DNA of 61,847 nucleotides, filler included, from Sluysia triapertura (lineage: Eukaryota), in the NCBI GenBank assembly GCA_046118255.1. It is 5 parts of 5 records of this genome, joined end to end, with 100 filler letters (N's around TTAATTAATTAA, not from the genome) between each part and the next. Parts side by side here need not be neighbours in the genome. Positions count along the whole stretch, not along the records: positions 50,754 to 61,847 come from JBJNIA010188987.1; 4 more parts are not named here. One strand, written 5' to 3'. Position numbers and translations under genes: made by a program. Positions 53,925 to 61,847 of this stretch are shown piece after piece. The notes under the pieces are model-generated. The model did no database searches and was not told where the DNA came from. It saw only the letters and a list, made by a program, of their open reading frames with translations. Each line of letters opens with the position of its first letter. Position 1 is the stretch's first letter.

Positions 53925-54250
53925 TAGCCTTGAAGCTCTCCAGACATGAATCACATAGAAAATCTGTGGGAGATTGTCAAAAGGAGAATTTATACCCATA
54001 AATCAACCATCAGTCGGAACTTATTGAAACCACAATGACGAGATCAAAAAATTGTGCTCATGTGGCATGCCTTTCAAGATCAGAAAATTATTGGATAACA
54101 AAGGAGGGCAAACAGAGTACTGATAGAGCAATTTGTACACATTTGATTTGTAGTAAATTGTGTTATCACATTCTTCATGAATAAAATTTCTGTATGTTTT
54201 GGATATGAGTATTTTTACTTTCACCAAATACTTTTTGGAGAAAGTAGTTA
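53925..54250 (+). mobile_element. Tc1 transposase 3' remnant with probable right end
   Basis: 'SPDMNHIENLWEIVKRR' ... 'NKGGQTEY*', then caaatactttttgga, which resembles a Tc1 TIR. Confidence 0.8.
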
Positions 54251-54538
54251 TTTTCCAACATTTTACATTTTCCGTGACATCGTTTTTATTAATAGTTTCA
54301 TAGTATCCTTGAAAAATGTTGAATTTTATAAACAGTTATATATACAGTTTTATGAAAATTTTAAAACTGTAAATTTAAATAAACAATGTATAACCTTCAC
54401 AATAATTACTCAATCTACTACATAAACATTCCAAAATTCACAATTACATAGTATAATATCGAATCTTAACCATTTTAAGTCACTTTACAATTCATAAAAC
54501 ATTCAACAAACGCTTCATTTTAAAGGCATGATCTAACT

Positions 54539-54947
54539 AAGAGGTTCCGAAACGTTTTCCAATTGTAGACCCCTTGTCATGTTTTTCAATTTTAGATAGA
54601 CTCCCATTCTATTCACTTTGAAATATTTAAATTTCTAACAGTAGTGAAGTACCTATAGTGGTCTATAAACCCCTAGAAGTCGTACTATGGAGCGAGTGAG
54701 ACACGTATAAAATGCTCCGAGATCAAGTTTCAGACCGACGATATTAATTATATTAATAATATTATATTTTTGTAATTTTTAAATGTCAAAATTATATCAA
54801 TTATACTGTTTTTTGCAATTTTTGAAATTTCTTGTCATTGAACCCCATTTTCATTTCATAGACCCCCAATTTTTTTCGCCCACGTAGACCACTTACAGGT
54901 TTTCATCGACCCCTGGGATTCGATATAGACCAATTTGGGAATCACTG
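54539..54947. mobile_element. hAT (Charlie/Buster-type) MITE, 409 bp
   Basis: Left aAGAGGTTCCGAAAC, right TTTGGGAATCACTG. Subterminal GACCCC repeats. 8-bp TSD ATCTAACT / ATTTAACT. Confidence 0.8.
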
Positions 54948-55291
54948 ATTTAACTTATAAATTCACACGTTTTTGGATTGTCAAATAAACACCAATTCAC
55001 TAGAAAAGATCAAATTATAACAGTATTCAATGCTCTCACCAAATTCATATACCGTACAACTCAGAAAACACTTAGCACATCTTCAATCATAATTAAATCT
55101 TCAAAAATCATTAAATAATCTTTTATACATACTGAATTTTACACCTTTAACACTCATTTAACTTATTGAGTTATTTATTAAATCATTTTTACTTCAAATC
55201 ATTCAACATTAATCTTTACGGTACATCTTTAGCCGTAATAATACTTATTATTATTATATATTATAATAATAATTATAAGTTTATGTACATA

Positions 55292-55445
55292 ATTAATAAT
55301 TTTGTCATTAGTTATTTTTGAATGACAATTGAAGCCATATTTTACTTTGATAAGAACCGGAAATATTATTATGATTTAATTAAAATATTACAAAAGGTTC
55401 CTCAGTTAGACATAGGAACATTTATGTGCAGTCATTCTTGTACAA
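55292..55445 (+). repeat. Left arm of a 154-bp inverted repeat
   Basis: Reverse complement of 56839-56992 with 4 mismatches by manual alignment. Confidence 0.95.
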
Positions 55446-55755
55446 TTGATAATTTGATTCAACTCAATGGAAATTTGTCAACTTCTGACACCACTTTGCG
55501 GAGGGCTTTTATTTTTATTAATTGAAACAGTATCAAAAACATTAAACTTTGTAAAACTAATTATTAAATTTTTTTCTAACAAATGAACTAGTTAACGAAA
55601 TAGGCTTAATGCCTTTAAATAAATAACAACACATTAAAACAAAGCCAAAAAATCATTTAAATAAATTTTAAGTGTTGAAAGAACATAAATCTGCTTATTC
55701 GATGTTGGTTTCACGAGATTAGATGCGAAATTGAAATTACTCGATACTAAATATA

Positions 55756-56962
55756 TTATTTGTCGAATATATTTGTGTAATATAGGCACTCTTTCATTTC
55801 ATCTTCTATATCTATGTTAAAACCCATTTCGTAAATTGTTTTCTTTGACTTTTGATGTGGTACATAACGCATTTGATTCCATAAACGATCATCATTATCA
55901 TCAGCTTTAATTTTATGTGGAAATAATGGAAGATGGCAATCAAATAAATTTGTATCATTACATATTTCATTATGTAAATCTGGGAATTTGAATTTACTTT
56001 GTATATCGAATAACTTTATGGTAAAATATTTCATAACATTTAAAATCACAACTGAACATCTTTGTAATGCATTTACAGATTCATTTTTACTAAACCACAA
56101 TATTCCATGATAAATAATTATTATTTCAATTGTATCAACTAAATGACTAGTATTCATTAACGCTTCTTCTACAATTTCTGTATCACGTTCTGATAAATTT
56201 CCCAAACTTACTAATCGAGGTGCAAATAATTGCCATAATGAATCAAGTTACCTAATCCTGAAAATATAACAGGAGTTGACCAAAGATCTAAGTTCATTTT
56301 ATGTATTCCGTTTGTTAAATCTTTATGAGTTTCACTAAAACACATTAATTTTGACTTTCAACCCACTAAATTTATCATAATCCAAGTTATTTATTCTAAT
56401 AAGACTTCTTTATGTTTCAAGATTTAACTTGCCAGATTTTGATGTTGGACTCCCTCTTGTATCTTTATCAGTCATAATTGTATAATTGTTTAATAAATTT
56501 TTAATTTTTTATACTTTTATCTATTCCGTATGATTTATTCATTGTATGAAATTTAATAAAATATCTATCAGTAGGATCAGCAGGATCAATTAATAAAAAT
56601 ATAAAGAAATTATTAATTGTAATATCGTTTCCAACATCTGATCTGTAATTCATATAAAAGTGAGCAATATGAGAACAATTTAATTTTAATTCTGTATAAC
56701 ATAAATTGGGATTGTTTTCCTTTTCTAATTTTAAAAATTTTTCGAGAATATTCCAAATATCAGCCAAATGGCGAAATGGATCGCAAGTTCATTCAATTTT
56801 CTAAACAACTGGATATTAATTTTTGTTCGTTCAATTGGTTGTACAAGAATGACTGCATATAAATGTTCCTATGTTTAACTGAGGAACCTTTTGTAATATT
56901 TTAATTAAATCATAATAATATTTCCGGTTCTTATCAAAGTAAAATGCGGCTTCAATTGTCAT
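55756..56962 (-). pseudogene. Disrupted ~400-codon intronless ORF of unknown family inside the inverted repeat
   Basis: ATG at 56962 (MTIEAAFYFDKNRKYYY...), open blocks 56501-56767 and 55756-56205, and frameshifted protein-like text between them. Confidence 0.55.
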
Positions 56963-56992
56963 TCAAAAATAACTAATGACAAAATTATTAAT
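56839..56992 (-). repeat. Right arm of the 154-bp inverted repeat
   Basis: Reverse complement of 55292-55445. Confidence 0.95.
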
Positions 56993-58230
56993 AATAATCA
57001 TAAACCAAATCTATATTGGATTAGTTATAGATTACCCGATTATATTAAACCGATCTATTATGATATAACATTACAAATTTTAACTTTCAAGATCATAATC
57101 TATTTCTTCTCTAACGTTTACTGTGTTTTGGATACAATTAAGTAGATTTGGTGGCCAAGTAGAGATGTGTCAACATCTTTGATTACTACTTTTATATACT
57201 AATTGCGATTTCGATGACTCCACATTTGTTGTGCATGATAGCCATGACCAGTTGGCTAGTTGATTCTTGTAACACTCCAAGATATTAATTGGCGACGTTC
57301 TACACGAAATGATGCTTGATGCGTTTTTTCTTTTTTCAGAGTCACTCTGACAGATTTTTCTATTCGACAGAGAGTTAGTTGATATTGCTGTATTTATCGA
57401 ATAGCATGAGAAATTTGATATAATTTAAATTAAGAAGATAAGTTGTTATTAAACTATGCTTGATGTTGTTAAGATGGATGTTTTCTGTGTCTTGAGTTCG
57501 AACTGTTTGGAAAAAAATCATGAAATGCTAGATTTAGAAGCATCTGGATGCTAAAATAGTTTCTTTTTACCAAATATATTTAAACAAGATTCGCATTGAC
57601 AGTTAAGCAAATCATTTAAAAAATGAATACTTTTGTGACATTAAAATATAAACAAAAAAAATTAGAGTGATAAAAGATAACGAGAAGTAATAACAGTAAC
57701 AATAGCATTTGAATGAAAACAATAATTATAAGACTTTGTAAATTTTTGTAAATAAGGATGTTAATATGTTAATAACCAAGTGGAAATTTTATGTGTATTA
57801 TCATTCTTATGAGTTTGTTGTAGATACGTGTTATATTAAAGCTAGATTGTTTATATTGCTGATGTTTCTATTCTTTGTAATTTATTAATTTTTGAGTTGC
57901 TATGTTATGATTTTTGAATCAAGATTCAAATAAGCTTGTGCATTGTTATGTGAAATTAAGTGAAGGTGTAGATAATAAGTGCAAATGGTTATGTGTATGT
58001 GTAAATTGTTTGAATCATTAATAAAATAGTCAGCAAAGTATAAAGAAAATGTGAAAGGTATAAAGCAAGAGGAAGTAGCTTTGACAAAAACAATAACTAT
58101 AGTTAACGATAATCATATGCAATGACTGTGTTTGTTTTTTAAATGAGTTAAGTAGTTTATTTAATGTTCTGTGCATGTAAGAAATGTTCTTATGTGATGA
58201 AGTGTACTTGTGATTTGGATGTGAATTCCC

Positions 58231-58295
<65 letters not shown>
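58231..58295. repeat. (AAT)n microsatellite
   Basis: Perfect run between an LTR-like start and the tRNA-derived repeat. Confidence 0.97.
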
Positions 58296-58297
<2 letters not shown>

Positions 58298-58620
58298 GGA
58301 CTGACTGGGAATCGAACTCGGCACTTTCTTCCTTCACAGATGTGTAGTTCGATTCTCTAACAATTTTTTACTATAGTCAATTATGCTATTATTATTCTGT
58401 GGCACTTTAGGCCTGTACCAAATTAATAAATTAGTAAATTCAACATGTGGGCTTCACAAAATGGACTACCCGGGAATCTAACCCGGTACCTTCTCGCATC
58501 ACAGCTATGCTCTTCGATGCTGTGACTACTGAGCTATCAACCCCGTCTAACAATTTTATTTTATTATAATCAATTATATTATCATTATTCTATGGCACTT
58601 TAGACCAGCACTCCAACAAT
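58296..58620 (-). repeat. Tandem pair of tRNA-derived repeat units with shared upstream flank
   Basis: rc GGGGTTGATAGCTCAGT...GGGTTAGATTCCCGGGTAGTCCATTTT (58462-58544) and a second B-box half at 58297-58345. Each is preceded by a G(C/T)CTAAAGTGCCA.AGAATAAT flank, also seen at about 27075. Confidence 0.8.
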
Positions 58621-60720
58621 AGTAATAATATTAATAATAAATTGGCCAAAATAATAGTATCATACATTAATGACGCATTACATTATTCTATTGCGTAACT
58701 GTTCAACCAATGAAATGGGATGTGGCTATATCAGTGTCAAGTTACATTTTATTGGAGCAAATTAATTGGTACATTTAATTAGCACACAAATTAAAAGTTT
58801 CGGCAAAAACAAAATGATGGCAGTAAATAAAAATTGAAATATAAATTTAGAAAATGAGAAAATCATCCATTTTTAGTTGATATTGTTTTACAATGTCAGA
58901 TCGTAAAAAGTTATCATTTCAAGAATTTTTATGTAGAATTCGATCAAAATTCAAATAAGAAACGCATAAGTTTAACTCAAACCAATATTAAGTATTGTTA
59001 ATTTAATTATAAATTCGTTAAACGTACTGTCAATTCTAATCGAAATGTGACTTCAACGAATAATATCATATTATCAATGCCAATTATGTCAATAATAATT
59101 ACACAAATATGATTTTAATATTTTAATATATTTTGTAAATAAAATTATGATTTTAAGATATTAATAAACAAAAAAATTAATACATGAAATGAAATGTGAA
59201 AATAATTACTGATTAATAGCGAAAATAATATATAATTAAAATAATTTTAAAAACATTCTTAATGTTAAAATATGCTAAATACCCATACTAAGTCCGAAGA
59301 TGTGCCAAAACCTTTATCAACAAAGGTCTTTCAATTACACAAATGCATTTACTTCGTTTAGTACTCTGAAAGATGTCTTCATTATTACATGTCCTAACAG
59401 CTGTGGTTTTTTAACTCCTAACCAACGGCAAAATAAAATTGATCAGGGTCCGGTTACAGTAAACGTCTTATGTCGTGAAGATGGCGTTTCTGTAATTAAC
59501 ACCAAGTAAATTGTAAAATGAAAATTCGAGTAACAATTTAAAATAAAGTTTGTCAACTAAACTAGAGGGTCTTATTTCTATTATCAATCGAACTAATTTA
59601 CAAATAAACTCGATATGTTAGATTCGTTTATTAAATAAAGATCTAAAGGAATACAAATTTATTAATAAATTAATGCAAAGTAATTAAAAAACAGAATAAA
59701 AAGATAAAATTGATGTAATAAATGATTTTAAAATCAAAATCGAAATGATCTTTGATTAATTATAATATTTTAACGTACAAAGAAAGTTTAAAATTTAAGT
59801 TTAAAAATTGAAATCCTCCTATAACAATAAATCATACAAAAAACTAAATTAATATCCACGATGGCTGAGAAGATTTGATTAAATTAACTCTGAAACAACT
59901 AACTAAAATGGCGTCGGTAAAATGGCAAATTGATGTAGTTAAAAATTATGCATCGAATAATTGTATTCACATAAAATTTGTAAAAACGAAATTGTAGTAA
60001 TGCACTTGTGTTGATGAAATTTGTTTACATAACGAAATTGTGTTTGTAATTGGACTGATGCTAGTTTTTATACCAGTCATCAACCAATAAGAATAGATGG
60101 AATGTTCTAAAACATTCTAGAAGCTTCTATTCTATTTTTAGAAGCTTATTTTCTTTTTTCGAAATTTTAATTTCTTGTTTGGATAATAAATAGTTTTCAG
60201 ATATTAAGATTTAAATGATTTTAAAGTTTTTAAATGATATTTTACATAATTTTAGAGGGTTGTGATGGCAACCTTACACTTCATCAAATTATTAAGATTT
60301 AAAATTTAAGTTTTATTAATTAATTTGTTTCAATCTAAATATGCTCTAAAAAATAATTGACTTAAACAACGACATTTCGAATATTAATGATACATATTGT
60401 TCAAAAAGAATAATTAATAAAGTAAATCAGCAATTTCTTTCATATTTAATAATTACGTATTGTTTTTTTGTTGTGCTCAATAATTAGCTACTGTTTTCGA
60501 CCTTTTATTTGTCTTTTTTAATATAACAAAATCAATAAATTGATTTAATTATGAATATTTAAAACTTTATTTTTAATTGTATTGAAAATGTAAAAATATC
60601 GTTTTAAATAAATATTCTACTTTGAATATTCTACTTTATATATTTTATTTTATATAAATTTTACTTTATGTATACTACTTTATAAATACATTATTCAAAC
60701 TTCAATTTAAGAGACTATAC

Positions 60721-61721
60721 AAAGTATTGTACAACATTAGTATTTTATTGATGTTCCTGAGTTTTTCAATACCTCTACACAATTTTTGACATCGAATTAA
60801 TCAATGTATTTACACTTTTTATTTCAGTCTTTTCCCAAGCATCCAATATTGCATCTTGTAATTCAAAAATGGAGAAAGTAGTGCAAGTATTGCCAAAAAG
60901 TTAAACAGATCAAGACATGCGATATCCAATTATTTGGACAATAGTTATAAAAGCAAGGAAAAAATTGGGACGTCCTAAAGTACTTTCTAATTGGTAAAAA
61001 ATGAGTTTAATAAGGTATGCATAAAATACAACTTACAACTCGCATAATGTCAGATTTAGAGCTAAAATGCAGTAAAATGAAGTAAAATGCAGTACGGAGA
61101 ATATTAAAAAATAGTGGTGAGGTCGAATTCATTAAAATGCTAGCTCATAAAATAGCAAGAATTAACTTTGCGAAAATCATATTAATAACCACACTGACTG
61201 GACAAAGATAATATTCTCAGATAAAAAGATATTTAATTTGGATTGTCTTCATGGTTATAAATACTATTGGCATCATATAAAGGATTCAAAAGATATCTTT
61301 TTAAAGAGAATTTGTGATGGAGGATCAGTTATGGTATGGGTGCCGTAATTTATGATAAAAGTTAGCTTTGTGTGTGGTTCCATCAACTCTTAATGGTGAT
61401 TAGTAGTTCCGTATGTCAAACTTCAGCAGGATAACGCTCCTTGTGATCGATCTAAACCAACACGTAATAAGTTCACTGAAGATTGATTAAAAGTGTTAGA
61501 GTATCTAGCAAGATACCCTGACCTCAATCAAATAGAAAATTTATGGTTGAAATTGTCCTTTAATGTTTATAGTCAAGGAAAACAGTATAACAATATATCG
61601 GAGTTAACAAATGCAATATTGGATGTTTGGGAAAAGATTGAAATAAAAAGTGTAAAAAGTTGTGTAGTGGTATTGAAAAACTCAGAAACATCAATAAAAT
61701 ACTAATTTTGTACAATACTTT
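60721..61721 (+). mobile_element. Decayed Tc3-like (DD34E) transposon with an inverted copy of its 3' end at the left
   Basis: 'SIAKKLNRSRHAISNYL', 'GRPKVLS', 'WTKIIFSDKKIFNLD...YYWH', 'GGSVMVW', 'QQDNAP' with 34 residues between D and the E of 'IENLW'. 60721-60864 is the reverse complement of 61601-61721. Confidence 0.9.
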
Positions 61722-61847
61722 TGAAACGAAATTTATCTAACTAAATACAATATAGTAATTAAAAGTGTAGTAAAATTGGAAACTATAAATAAGTAATAGT
61801 TTATTCGTGTTTTATTTATTAAATAGTATTGTTAATTTGTTATAATA

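Overview
Very AT-rich animal (invertebrate) nuclear DNA with spliceosomal introns. It is not prokaryotic: no CRISPR arrays, operons or rRNA are seen. The window consists of five pieces joined by artificial 100-bp spacers (44 N + TTAATTAATTAA + 44 N), so linkage across spacers is unproven. Two real spliced genes are recognisable. One is two exons of UNC-79 (NALCN channel complex subunit) around a 7.8-kb intron, which the ORF track misses entirely. The other is three exons of thymine-DNA glycosylase (TDG). The rest is mostly decayed sequence. Pseudogenes: a DEAD-box helicase copy, an intronless TDG copy and two RPS13 copies. DNA transposons: a hATm-like element and a hAT MITE (both with 8-bp TSDs), plus pogo, piggyBac and Tc1/Tc3 remnants. 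Retroelements: Ty3/gypsy gag and RNase H, R2/NeSL-type RT, L2 and Penelope-like fragments. There is also a tRNA-derived repeat family and many strand-skewed solo-LTR-like repeats. The most unusual structures are two fold-back units near the 3' end whose inverted arms are made of coding sequence: a 154-bp, ~97%-identical arm pair enclosing an unrecognised ~400-codon ORF, and a Tc3-like element whose 5' end is an inverted copy of its own transposase 3' end. I cannot demonstrate an intact novel system from sequence alone; these are the best leads. Family assignments come from recalled motifs, not database searches.
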